Shown here: positions 1 to 12,250 of the stretch, piece after piece
Position numbering within the stretch: position 1 is the stretch's first letter
How the letters are laid out: the number at the start of each line of letters is the position of its first letter
Origin: Azolla caroliniana
Lineage: Eukaryota; Plantae; Polypodiophyta
Direction: 5' to 3'
Assembly (NCBI GenBank): GCA_043228905.1
Contig: JBHGNT010000007.1
Coordinates: 17,980,001-18,044,000 of the forward strand
Length of the DNA stretch: 64,000 bases
The notes under the pieces: generated by a model
What the model was told of the DNA's origin: nothing
What the model saw: only the letters and a program-made list of their open reading frames with translations
Databases searched by the model: none
Made by a program: the position numbers and the translations under genes

Positions 1-145
1 CAAGAAAGACATGGGATTGCTCATGTACAAAAGAAAGACGGGATTGTTCACGTACAAAGGAAAGATATAGACCTGTTTATGTTCAAAGAAAGATATGAGG
101 TTATTCATGTATAAAAGAAAGATATGGGATTGTTTCATGTAGAAA
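1..145. repeat. Degenerate ~28-30 bp tandem repeat (consensus ~AAAGAAAGAYATGGGATTGTTCATGTAC), about 5 units, running off the window start
   Basis: Five consecutive imperfect units read by eye upstream of the SUA-like start codon. Confidence 0.7.
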
Positions 146-402
146 AGCAACATAAAGCAAGATGTGGAATTGCTTTGGATACTTCAATCTTAACTAGCCA
201 TACAAGAAACTGGTTATATAGATGTTAAATATGGTTTGGAACCATGAATATCAATGCCAAGAAAGGTCGAGGAAGAGAAGAGAATATGCTAGATCTCCTT
301 GAATTTTTAACATCTTAACTCTGTGCATCCTGTTTCAGGAGAGGGATCATTTTGCATGATATAGTGTTTTTGTCTGCATCGATGTGGAACCAGAAAGAAG
401 GA

Positions 403-3400
403 ATGGACGGCGGGAGATTTGTGTTGCATCAAGCTGGATGGGATGATAAAAGTGTATGACACATATGTCAATCCGTGCTTTTTCAATCCATGTGGTTCAG
501 GGGGTTTGAAACCTCTACTTTTATCCAAGAAATTCACATCCATCTAAACAGCAAAAAGAAAGCAAGGCCATGGCCACTTCGTGGATATTTGCTTATTGGG
601 CATCCACTTCTTACCATTTCCTGACTTAATACTTATTCTTTTGGATGCACAGGCTTTGGGAAGATATGATAATTCACACAATCCTGACTATAGGTAAGGT
701 TGCATGTGTGTTTGAATAAAACTATTATTTATTTTATAAAGTAATTTTTGTAGCTTTGTTTGTCAAAAACTCAAGCTAAGTTTTTATCCATTGGGATTTT
801 TTCATGATTGTGTTGACTGGTACCTTTGATGGTATTGGGATTTCAGACATGGGGGGACTTATCCTGGACAGGGTTACACTGAACCTGGGTATCCCTCAGA
901 TAATGGCTTTAACCGTGGAGGATTTCAAAGGGATGTGCTTCTCGAAAGAGAGAGATATCAGATGGCCGCTCCAGTTGAAGGAGCATGGAAGCCTCCGAGG
1001 AGTGGATATGATGATGAGTTAGGTGTTGTTGGAGGTTCACGAAGGCATGCAAAAGCTGGATATGATGATAATAGTAGAGAATCAAATGATCTCAGTGATG
1101 GTGAAATTAGAGAGCCAGAAGATGACCATAGAGATTTTAGGGATGTCAGGGATTCCAACACTTTTAGAGACCATGAATTTGAGAGAGGGGGCAGACCATT
1201 TGTGTCTGGAAGACATGGTTTTGTAGGAGATGATTATGGCCATAAACGCTCAGCTTTTAAGAGCAGTCGGGAGGGGAGCTGGGATAAGGATTATGTGCAT
1301 TCCAGGTATGGTGATGAATATGAATCAGATCAAGATGAGGAGAAGAGGGACAGGGGCTGGCGGAAATCACAAAGAAGGGATAGAGAAAGAAGGAGAAGCA
1401 ATGATAGAGATGAAAGCCCTGAAAGAGGAAGAAAAAGAGATAGGTCACATTCTCGTGGACTAGAACACCGGTCGAGGAGATCGCGATCCTCCTCTCGAGG
1501 TTATACAAGGGAGAGACGTGATCGAAGCTACGATGATGTGCATAGAAGGGATGAGAAGCGTTATCGAGACTATTCTGTGGTAATAGTTTGAAGTGTTGTG
1601 ATTGGTTTTATTTCAAACAATACTAACTGTATTACATTCCTAACTGGCGTGTGCATTTTTTCATGTAATATATTTGCTAGTCTGCATCAGCTACACTTGT
1701 TGTCAAAGGTCTCTCACAAAGAACTGTGGAAGATGATATCTGTAAAGCTCTGGTAATTTCCATCTAATCTTTTTGTAAGCGTTGATGGCATTCTGACTTC
1801 TGGAAGTCTTCTCAAAAAACATCGGATGTTTCTTGTCATATCCTGGTTTACAATTTAGATATGTTCTTTTTTGCAGGCAGAGTGGGGACCTTTGAGACAC
1901 GTGAGAGTGATCAAAGAGAGAAATACTGGCACTTCACGAGGCTTTGCATTCATAGATTTTCCAACTGTGGTCAGTTATGAGTGTATACGCTCATTTTTCC
2001 TTATTGAAAATACTATGCATTCTGTTAATCTTTATGTTTTTGTTTTCCTTTTATTTCAAAATCTTTCAAGCAGGAAGCTGCACAAAAAATGATGATTGAT
2101 GTAGGCGATAGTGGTTTGGTTGTGGATGGACGCCGGCTATTCTTCGAGTACAGGTATTGAAGTAACCTTTCGGAAATTAATTTCCTGAATGTTCAAATTG
2201 TGATCGGAGAGTTTTATGTTATTTTTATCCATGAAAACCTTGGTTTTGATCAAGCTAAGTTTAGAAGCCTACAACTCTGTTTTATCCTAATGAAATTCTA
2301 TATTTTATACTTTCCATGAGTGATTCTATCTTAACTATAAGTCTATGTAAAAATATCTAGAAACTCAAAGCGTTTATCAAGTCTTTAAAAATTCTGCAAT
2401 CTGATGCATAGGTTGTTGGCCGAATGTTAAGTTAACATTGAAGAACATGTTAGATATTTTTATATCAATTGATTTGGAAGATAGAATGAATGAAAAAACT
2501 TATTTGGGAAGTTCTAACCAAACATTCCATTGGGAATTAAAACATATGTAAAAATTTGATGGGTAGGGAATTCATTTGGTTGGATGCTGGATTTTTTACG
2601 TGTCCATAAAAACGTGTGCGAAGGTCTGTTAGTGTGGATAATGTAATTTTGTAGCGTAAAGCAAATAGGGTAGATGGGAATGTTTGTCCCTGTTTTGGTT
2701 GTATCCTTTTCAAAAGCTATAGAAGGGTTCTGAAATTCTGTAACATGTTTCAGTAGCAAGCCAACTGGGGGTTCTCATGCTGATTCAGGTGCTGGTGCGT
2801 CCACAGTTGATTGGATGTGCACTGTGTGTGGCTGTGTGAACTTTGCACGTCGTATGTCATGCTTTCAGGTATTGTTGGAAAATAAAATGTACACTATTTG
2901 TCTTTTTAAGGGGATCTGGATCTGTGTCAAAATGCTCAATTTATCTATCTATCTATATATAATATGAACTGAGTTATATATGAATAAACTATGGAGTAAT
3001 TTTGGTCACTTGCATGTGCAAAATATATATGAACAGAGTATGGAATACTTGTGATTTCTTGCACTGTTACAAGACATATCTGTATGGTGCGGTAGTTGTA
3101 GTTGGTTTTGTAGATTTTTAATAGATGATTATTGGTGGGAACTATGCTCTAAAACAAGTTTGTTATATGTGCATGCCTGCTTACCATGAGTGAGAATGAT
3201 ATATGTGTGTGTGTGTGTGCATGTGTATGCTGAAGAAGGATTATGCTAAACCTCTAATTTGTTCAAATGGTATTATGATATTTTACACAAACTTTAGCCT
3301 ACTCCGGGATTCCCAATCATCAAGTCTATGCTTTGCACTACAGTAGTTGCGGTAAAAGTTTTTTGAAAATTTTGCTTACCAAATGAAAAGGTTTCTAGAA

Positions 3401-6133
3401 CACAAGATTATACTTTGATTTTATTTATGATGACAATAGAGTTAGATCTATCACAAATAGCACACAAATTGTCTGTAAAGCATAGTGATCCAATACTTAT
3501 TTCTTGTAGGTCATTAACACTCCCACAATTTCAAACAGAATACTAGATAACATAGCAGTTAGCCACATACTTTATTTGCAAGCCTAGACTATTTCCCTCT
3601 TAATGAGAGTATAGGTTTCATCTCTAACTAACCTACAACCCAAATAGTTTCATGACTCTTACGATATTTGTCTGCCACTTTTATCTCTCTCCTCTTGTTT
3701 GTTCATCCACAAAGTGAATTATATGAGCCTGAACTATGCATAAAGCTATGTATAGAAGTTTGTAGAAGGGATAAATAACTATGTTCAAGAATTTGGCTAT
3801 TTGTGAAAGAAGTTTACCTGTATGTGAACCATAGATACTTTAATTTATAGTGCGTTAACAGATGCTTACATGGTTGAATCTGTGATCTACCATTGACAGT
3901 GTAATGAAGCACGCTCAGATGATGCACCCGATGCGGATGTTTCTTCAGTGATTACATCTGCATCAGGGAGGAAAGGGCATGAAGCAGGTAAAGACTATGT
4001 TCTAATGTTTGTGTTTCTCTGTGATTTCTATTATAATGTTCATGTTCGTATTATCATTGATTTACTCACCAGAAACCTTGTATTTGTTAGGGCGTACACA
4101 TGTGTTGGTCATTCGAGGGTTAGATGAAGATGTCCACGAAGAGATACTGCGTTATGAATTCTCCAAACATGCTCCTATTAAGGTGCTAGCTAACTATTTC
4201 TGACCAAGGGAACTAAGAACGTTTTGTATTTGTTCATGATAATGTTGGGGTTTATAAGTCAATGGTGTTCTGCAGGATTTAAGGCTTGTTCGGGATAAAT
4301 TCACGCATGTTTCAAAGGGTTTTGCGTTTGTGCACTTCCATTCGGTATGGTTTATGATGATGCTCCTTACTAAGGAGTGGCCGAGAATACAAGGCATTGA
4401 AGAGAGGCTGTTGCAAAAAAAATCTGTGGAATGGACTTCTGATATTTTGTGATGGATGCCTCTTATGCTTTTAAGGTGGAGGATGCAACGAAAGCTTTAG
4501 AAGCAACCAACGGTACCATGCTTGATAAGAATGGGCATCCATTAAGGGTAGCTTATGCGAAGAGTACGAATGGCCCGGGCTCTTCTTCCAGTGCTCATTC
4601 CAACAACAGTCTTGCTGCTGCTGCAATTGAAGCTGCTGGATTTGCACAACAGGTTTTTCATGATCCGTTGGGTTATGCTAGAATGAAATAGTACATTAAA
4701 TTCCCTTGTTATATACATTGATATTAGTTGGTCAAAACATGAAAGAAAGACTGATATAAGTGCTAAATAAATAATAATATTTTTCGCAAAAAATTCTTGA
4801 GAAACAAAAAAAACTGAACTTCAAATGGTATCAAAATATTTTGCTTTCTTGACAGTATGATCCAGCAGGTTGGGCTCCGAAAGAGTACAATCCTGATGAA
4901 GTGCAACAGAATGATGGAATTTCAGCAAATAGTGATCCTGCTCCACAAGCAGGTTTTGTTTGGGATGAAGCATCAGGCTATTATTATGATGCTGTATCTG
5001 GGTTCTACTATGATGGTCACCGAGGTAAGCTTTAAATGCTTACATAGTTAAACTTGAATTGTGCTCAATATGTTCTAAATATGCACTCTTTTATTTATAT
5101 TTGGTGCTGTTTTTCTTGTAAAGGCTTGTACTATGATGGAAACCATGGCATTTGGTACACGTACAATCAAGAGACACAACAATACGAGCCTTATGTCTTG
5201 AAAGAAGGAGAAAGTGTAACTGCAAATTCATCGTCTTCAGCACAGCCTCCAAATCATCAAAAGTCGACCCAAAAAGCGACTGTGGTAGCTAATGCAACAG
5301 TGAAGTCTAAAGATGCGACCACTGTCCGGAAAGCAGTAATCTCAGCTCCGCCCTCAACTATACATGTAGAACAAGATAGCAGTACTAAGGTAGGAGTCAT
5401 CCAGAAGAAAGAGAAAGGTCGTAAAAGCAAAACCAAGATCAGTGGGGTCTCTTCTATATGGAACCAAAAGCAAGAGGGCGGTGTTCAAGCTGTAACTGTC
5501 CAAAGCCCGGTCCTGCTGAAAGTCTCTCCTGCCATTGAGAATCTGAAAAGGAATGCTCTGGTAAATGAGAATCAAGAGAAAAGTGCACTGGCCAAATCAG
5601 TTTCTGGTATCGGAGCTTCATCTGCCTCGGCAACAGCAACGATCCCAAAGAAGATTCAGGGAGTCATACATCGAAAACAGACTTTGAGTAAAGGATCGCT
5701 GGCAGAAGAATCTCGTCTTCTGGGCGAAACCGCATACAATGTCTCAGCTAAAACTAGCGGAGTTGCAGCAACACCCAAGTTGGAAGGTGTTATACATTCA
5801 AGAGATGGACCTACTAGTGGTGGTGGCATAGTGACGATCCCGAAGAAATTTGAAGGTGTAATACATTCGAAAGATGGACCTATGCTCTCAATGCATTCAA
5901 TAGGACAAGGAACAGGGGATTTGAAATCAGTAGAGAACTCATTCAAGATGATCAACAACACTACGCTATCGATAAATGTAGGGTTCAGTGAAGCCAGGGA
6001 TCCAAAAGGAGATTCCACATCATCGTTCCCAGGAGGTGGTAGGCGAAGATTTACTGAGGCTCCAGCAGCCCCGACTCAATCTGGCTATAGAGACAGGGCA
6101 GCCGAGAGGAGAAATCTTTATGGTGGATCGTAA
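403..6133 (+). CDS. SUA: SUPPRESSOR OF ABI3-5-like / RBM5-RBM10 family splicing factor (RS/RD-rich region, RRM1, RanBP2 zinc finger, RRM2, OCRE); no G-patch in window
   Basis: GT-AG exons 403-453, 653-693, 847-1579, 1681-1752, 1877-1969, 2074-2153, 2754-2868, 3900-3987, 4091-4182, 4276-4344, 4476-4652, 4856-5024 and 5124-6133 join in frame (2790 nt). Motifs: N-terminus MDGGRFVLHQAGWDDKS; RRM1 AEWGPLRHVRVIKERNTGTSRGFAFIDF; ZnF DWMCTVCGCVNFARRMSCFQC; RRM2 DLRLVRDKFTHVSKGFAFVHF; OCRE GFVWDEASGYYYDAVSGFYYDG; YRDRAAERR. An in-frame ATG also lies at 382. Confidence 0.92.
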
Positions 6134-6750
6134 CACTGGCCGTCTATATTTTGAAATCATCAGAGGAACATCATCGATCTTCCATTTTCTTTTCTTCACT
6201 TTTCTCTAATACTTGTAACTACTTTGCACAAGAATGTTTACCATTTTGCACATGGCTAGTATAGCCACATTGGGCTAGAATCTTAATGGTTGGTATTTGT
6301 TAGCTGCTTTGGGCAAGAATCTTCATATCGGCAGGGTTTCAATTTTTATGTATTGGAAATTGGGCCTTCCAGGTTGCTGTTCTGAACATCATATTTTGTT
6401 CCCTTTATTATTAAGAGGCTCGTTGTTAAACGGAATGTTCCCTTTATTTTACATCATTTTCTTGGCATATGCGATGATGCTTGTCAGTTTTATCTGAAAG
6501 ATCAAATTCTGCACTTTGTGAAGATACTACTGTTCCAATATAGTGGACTGGACGGTGGCAGCAAAGTATCGTCAGCATATGTTTTTGTTCTTTTGCATAT
6601 GAGCTTGAAGTTGACTATACAAAGGGACTTTTCATAAGAAGTTGGCATGTGGGATTTTCTTTCATCCCATGTTTTATCGTGAACTTATATCCTATATTCT
6701 GATGCTTGTCACTAAGAGTATTTTTATTAGAGAAAGTTCTGGAGTAAAAG

Positions 6751-7695
6751 TAGCAATGGGCTGGGTTCGGTTCGGTTTCTTGACCTTGAAACCAAACCAA
6801 ACCAAGCCACACGATTTATTCATAATAAAAATTGACCCTAACTGTTTAAAATTTATGAAGCCGTTTAAACCAAACCGTTTATGGAAAATTTATAACCAAA
6901 CTGTATCGGTTTATCATAAATCAAAAGGAAACCATTTTTGACAGATGTTGATTGTCATACTTATTATAAATATGTGTGAGAAAATCATAAATTTGTTCAT
7001 TATACTTATTATAAATTTGGTCATCATACTTATTATAAATTTGATCATTGAACTTATCATAAATTTGATCATTGTACTTATCATAAATTTGGTCATCAAT
7101 ACTTACCATAAATTTGATCATTGTACTTATCATAAATTTGGTCATCAATACTTACCATAAATTTGATCATTGTACTTATCATAAATTTGGTCATCAATAC
7201 TTACCATAAATTTGATCATTGTACTTATCATAAATTTGGTCGTCATAATTATCATAAATTTGATCATCGTACTTATCATAAATTTGATCATCAAACTTAT
7301 CATAAATTTGTTCATTGTACTTATCATAAATTTGATCATCGTACTTATCATAAATTTGATGATCATAAATGAAAAGGAGACTCTAGATATAATGCATATA
7401 AAATTTAATAAGTTAAAACTAGGGTTTAAAATTGAAAGTTGAAAGTTAGGGCCTAAAGGGAAAATTTAGGAGTATTTTTTAACTTATAAACCTTTAAACC
7501 GAACCACATAAATCGCAACAGATAAGCTAATAAACTGTTAAACCACTAAACCACGAAATTCAAAATCGAACCGAACAGAAACCAAACTGAATAGTAACAT
7601 TTGAAACCAAACCAAACTTTATTTAACTTCGAACCAATAAACCGTTCAGCCACGGTTTAATGGTTCGGTTTGAGCCGAAACCGGGCCCATTACTA
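6751..7695. mobile_element. Non-autonomous hAT-superfamily DNA transposon (MITE-like, 945 bp)
   Basis: Imperfect TIRs TAGCAATGGGC / GCCCATTACTA; perfect 8-bp TSD AGTAAAAG (6743-6750 and 7696-7703); many subterminal AAACC/AACCG motifs; no transposase. Confidence 0.88.
6950..7368. repeat. Minisatellite of 24/25-bp units (CATAAATTTGATCATTGTACTTAT / CATAAATTTGGTCATCAATACTTAC) inside the hAT element
   Basis: Roughly 16-17 tandem units; source of the spurious MIKFMIST-repeat ORFs in the ORF track. Confidence 0.9.
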
Positions 7696-7860
7696 AGTAA
7701 AAGTTGTTATGAGAGCAACTTCATCTTGAAGTTTAATTGGGGCATAGAAATGTTGTGCATCATGGTGAGCTTTGACACTACTAGCCCTTGGTCTTGGGCT
7801 CAAGACCCAAATTTCTCACATCTATATTGCACCATACGTATCCTCTAAATTTACTAGATG

Positions 7861-7938
7861 CCAATGTGGAATGTAGGGGTCAAATCCATGACATCTTGCT
7901 CTCCATTGGGCAACCTTTCCAATTGAACTACATCCATC
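7861..7938 (-). mobile_element. tRNA-derived SINE-like head, copy 1 (degenerate)
   Basis: Minus strand reads GGATGTAGTTCAATTGGAAAG (A-box-like) ... CATGGATTTGACCCC (degenerate B-box); homologous to 8176-8255. Confidence 0.5.
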
Positions 7939-8175
7939 TCTTTCTCTTTCGTTTACTGCTAAAAAACACCATCTCTTGTGCTATCAAGTTACACTTCTAC
8001 CCATTTGGGAATCATCTTCGATTGAGGAATGGTGGTCCCTACAAACTAATCATTCTTCACTTCCTACTTCGTGTAGCTTGCTACATGGGTTGTGAGTGGA
8101 AACTAAGATTCCTCTTTGATAGTAATTTTTTTGTAATTAGTTTACCCTAGTGGTAAGTTGTTATACTACAAGCAT

Positions 8176-8253
8176 TGTCTTGGGTTCATAACCCAATTGT
8201 GGAATGTAGGGGTTGAACCCATGACCTCCTGGTCGCCATTGGGCAATCTTACC

Positions 8254-8255
<2 letters not shown>
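8176..8255 (-). mobile_element. tRNA-derived SINE-like head, copy 2 (5'-truncated at the AG microsatellite)
   Basis: Minus strand TTGGTAAG-N16-CAGGAGGTCATGGGTTCAACCCC carries a B-box; aligns with copy 1. Confidence 0.5.

Positions 8256-8256
<1 letters not shown>

Positions 8257-8298
<42 letters not shown>
8257..8298. repeat. (AG)21 microsatellite at the LINE 3' end
   Basis: Directly visible. Confidence 0.95.
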
Positions 8299-8301
<3 letters not shown>

Positions 8302-8391
8302 AAAAAACACAATTATATTAATAAATGTGTGTAAAAAACACTACTTACAAGGTGTGACCATGAAGTATGGTCACCCACTAACTACACTAAA

Positions 8392-11300
8392 CTACATGGG
8401 TAATGGAACATGTTGAATTGCCAATTGGCAAGATGAACATTCCATTGAGGAAAGGATTTCTACTTGCTCCAATAAAGAAAATTGCCACATTAGTACTCCC
8501 TTCAACTTTCGTAGATATGCTTTCACTCCATGTCTACCATCAAATACAAAAGCGTTGTGCATATTCCAATTATGACGCAATCCCCAATATCTCAAAAATA
8601 AAAAAACAATCTCCATCTCTGACTTTGGGTCCACCTGTGTAAATTGTGCAAACACCCACTGTCTAGGTTTCAAATAACAATCGTGATAAAACTTGCCAAA
8701 TTTGAGAAATGTAACTCCAAATCTGAGAAGCAATCGGGCATTGTATAAATCAATGAGTACTATCTTCCATTTGAATAGTGCAAAAAAAGCAATTATCTAT
8801 TGCTAGTCCACGATGCTTTAGAGCTAATCCCAACGGCAATCCTCCAATCAAAACTCTCCAAATGAAGACCTTTGCTACAAGTGGCAATTTAGAATGCCAA
8901 CTACGTTGTAAGATTTGCCACCACCCATGATCAAATTTGTGTAATCTCCATGCTTCTTCAGCCTTAGATGATAACCATCTAAGAGACTCAATAGAGCAAT
9001 GATACAAAAGATTACTAGTCACTTGTAACAACGATGTTTGAACCTTTAAACACCAATCAATCCACGATTGTTCTCCTGTTTGTAAAGGTAAGGGACCTTG
9101 CATCAATGGGATATTTCGTAGTTGTTGCCAAATAAACCCATAATTAGGCGGAATGCGTAATAATTGCCGTGCTTCAACAAACTCCAAAATTCTTTGAGAT
9201 GGAGCCACAACTATATCTCTCACCTCTTTGACTCCCAAACGAAACAAACGATTAAATTGAGAGCGTAATCTCTCCTTTCTTGGCCAACATAATAACCGAG
9301 AAGACACAAGTAACTCTTTTTGCAAAGAATTACAATGCTCTCTACTAGATGATGGTTTCCATACACATAACAAGAGTGCTTCTTGCCATGAGGTAACCAA
9401 GTGTTGAACACATGTAGAGCCCAAAATCCTAAGTGAAATACATCCATTTAGTAATTGCCACCATGAAGCCTTAATTGTTGTCCTCCCATGTGTTAAACCC
9501 TTGTTCTCAATGAAATATTGAACAATAGATATCCATGGTTGTGAGTTTGAACACATGCCTTGTAATAATGAAAATCTACGAGCCATCATATGCTTAGATA
9601 AGTTCAATACTCCAGCTCCCCCCAAGTGTTTAGGAGTTGTTAGACGATTCCATGCAACCCAAGTGATTCCAATCTTATCCCTTTTCTTCCACAACAAATA
9701 TCGAAGAGGTTGCAAAATAGAATGCAAAGCCTTCTTTGTCCACGACAACAATGGCAAGTAATATAATATCATAGTTTCCATAATACATTGTACAAGCTTA
9801 AAACGTACATGAAATGGCCAAGATTGTGATTTCCAATACATGAACTTATCCCTCAACTTACTAGACATCAATTCAATCAATTGGCCATTTGTAACATTCA
9901 CTCCTAATGGATAGCCCAATTGTCGAAAAATAGAGCCTTTCTTCACCACGGATCCTTGCCATCCTAAAAATTCCAAATCCCTTTTAGTACATGATATGAG
10001 ACTAGACTTCCTCCAATTAATATGTAATCCGGAAGCCAATGCAAATTGGTTCCATACAAGAATCCCCTTCTCAAGATTCTCTTGTGAGGCTTGTAGAAAC
10101 ATGAAAGAATCATCAGCCAAAGCTTGTGCAACTAGTTGCCCTCCAAATAGAAGGTGTAAACCCACAATATCACCATTTATTGCAAGCCTTGATAACATCA
10201 CTAACAAGGGGTGAGTAACAATAGCAAACAACAGCGGGCTAATAGGGCATCCTTGACGAACGGATCTTGTAAGGGCAATATCTGATGTAACACCTCCATT
10301 AAGCATGACTCGAGACACCGCATCTTGTCCTAATAAAAATATGAGGCGAGACATATGAGGTCCAAAGCCCATTGTATGCATTAACCCAGAAACAAAGCAC
10401 CAATTAACATGATCATAAGCTTTCTCCAAATCTAATTTCACCATAATCAATTCTTGATGAGTGTTTCGAGCATAATCCATGGCCATTTGAACATTCAACA
10501 CATTATGCAATATACTCCTACTTGCAATAAAACCATATTGGGCGGGATGTATAAACTTTGGCAAATACATTTGTAATCTATTTGCCAAGACCTTTGTAAA
10601 TATCTTATACACCCCCCCCCCCCCCCCCCCATCAAAGAAATAGGTCTCCATTGATGAAATGACTCTAGAGATGCCACCTTAGGAACTAATTTAATTAAAC
10701 CAACCTTCCAAGCTTGAGGCATACGACCAGAATCCCAAAAAGGTTGAAACATCAAAGTCAAGGGCCCCTTTAAAATGTATAAATATTGCTTAAAAACTTC
10801 ATTTGTCAAGCCATCCCAACCAGGGCTCTTACCACTAGGAAGATGCCTTAAAACTGTGTCCACCTCATCCTCAGTGAAATCCGCATCCAATTCATGACTA
10901 ATGAGGTCATGCACAATACATCCAACCACATCATAAAACTCATGACGTGCTCTACTCACCTCATTTGTCATTAACAATTGTGGGCCAATCAACTCCTTAA
11001 AGTGATGAACACATATGTCAATTATTTTAGTAGGATCCACTATCCATTCATCATCTTGCTTCACATGTACCACATTAGATCGAGTATAAGTAGGATGTAA
11101 TGCTTGGAAAAACAAATGGGATTGACATTGATTATCTATGAGTCCATCCCTCAATTGTCGCATCTTCACATAACGATAACTTTGGCATTGCAATTGAGAA
11201 ATAATAACATACAATTGACTTTGGATATCCAAAAGCTCCTCATCTAAAGGTGCACGTATCAATAATGCATTACACCTAGAGAGAACTTGTGAGAATTTTA

Positions 11301-12237
11301 GAAGAAGACCTCTTCTTTGTTGAGCATTAGTTATTCCATACATACGATGAACGATCTTAATATTTCATAATGTGATATCCCATGCTTTAACTCCTTTAAG
11401 ATTCACTTCTTGTGAAAAATTTACCAAAATTTGCTCCATGAGAGAATCAAAGTGAGGTTGAAGCAAAAGAGAAGAGTTAAAGCGTAATGGAGGCTTTCCA
11501 AGTAAGGATTTATACATGTCAATTGCATGACCACAAATATCCAAACAAATAGGAAAGTGATCTGAAGTTTCTACATCTTGTAAAACTGCCATACAAAGTG
11601 ATGTCAATAAAAAAGAATCATTGTGCATCACATACATTCTATCTAACCGACTCCATGTTTGTCTATGTTGAGCGGATTGGAAAGTAAAACCTAGATCATT
11701 CCCATGCAACCATGTCCAAACATCCAACTTCAAAACCTCCATAGCCAATGAATCCCAAACAAGTTGCTCAGGATCATCCATGATTAAATGTTCAGACGTA
11801 GATTGAGATGCATCAACACACATGTTAATATCACCCAAAAGTAATCTTGGACGGCCCACACATAGGGTTTGACGGAGTGAGCCCCATAATGCAATACGTT
11901 GAGTGGCTTGGTTAGGGGCATAAATCCCAACCACCCACACAACTTCGCCAAAAAAAGTGATTTCTAGAACCAAAAACCGACCATAAGGATCATTATGCAC
12001 CACCTGAGGAAAATACTTATCCCGCATGATTTATACCACACCCGAATAATGATTATTAAGATGTCTTGCATAGAATGATGAATATCCACGCAAATGAACC
12101 GTGGATCTTGCTAACTCATGACACTTATGCTCAACTGCACAGAATATATCCCATTCTTTACTTAATAAAGTTTGCTATAATATATACTTATTATGAGGAG
12201 AACATACCCCTCTCACATTCCATGTTACCACTTTCAT
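8392..12237 (-). pseudogene. LINE ORF2 (APE endonuclease - reverse transcriptase - zf-RVT), frameshifted
   Basis: MKVVTWNVRG start at 12237; LLGDIN, SRLDR and SDHFPI endonuclease motifs; GKSPGWDG, WRPISL, KLDLEKAYD, VRQGCPISPLLF and LADD RT motifs; CFFC at the C-terminus; stops plus a frameshift at a G19 run. Confidence 0.9.
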
Positions 12238-12250
12238 TCAGTCAAAAATG

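Noticed and set aside
2066-2756. NAGNAG acceptors (AAGCAG at 2068-2073, CAGTAG at 2751-2756)
   Set aside because: These are common in plant genes, alter one residue at most, and cannot be assessed without transcripts.
6950-7368. CRISPR-like appearance of the regular short repeats
   Set aside because: Units are contiguous with no unique spacers, no cas genes are present, the context is eukaryotic, and the array lies inside a hAT element.
6914-7442. ORFs such as MIKFMIST..., YHKFDHCT... and LIINLII...
   Set aside because: They are translations of the minisatellite, open in several frames on both strands.
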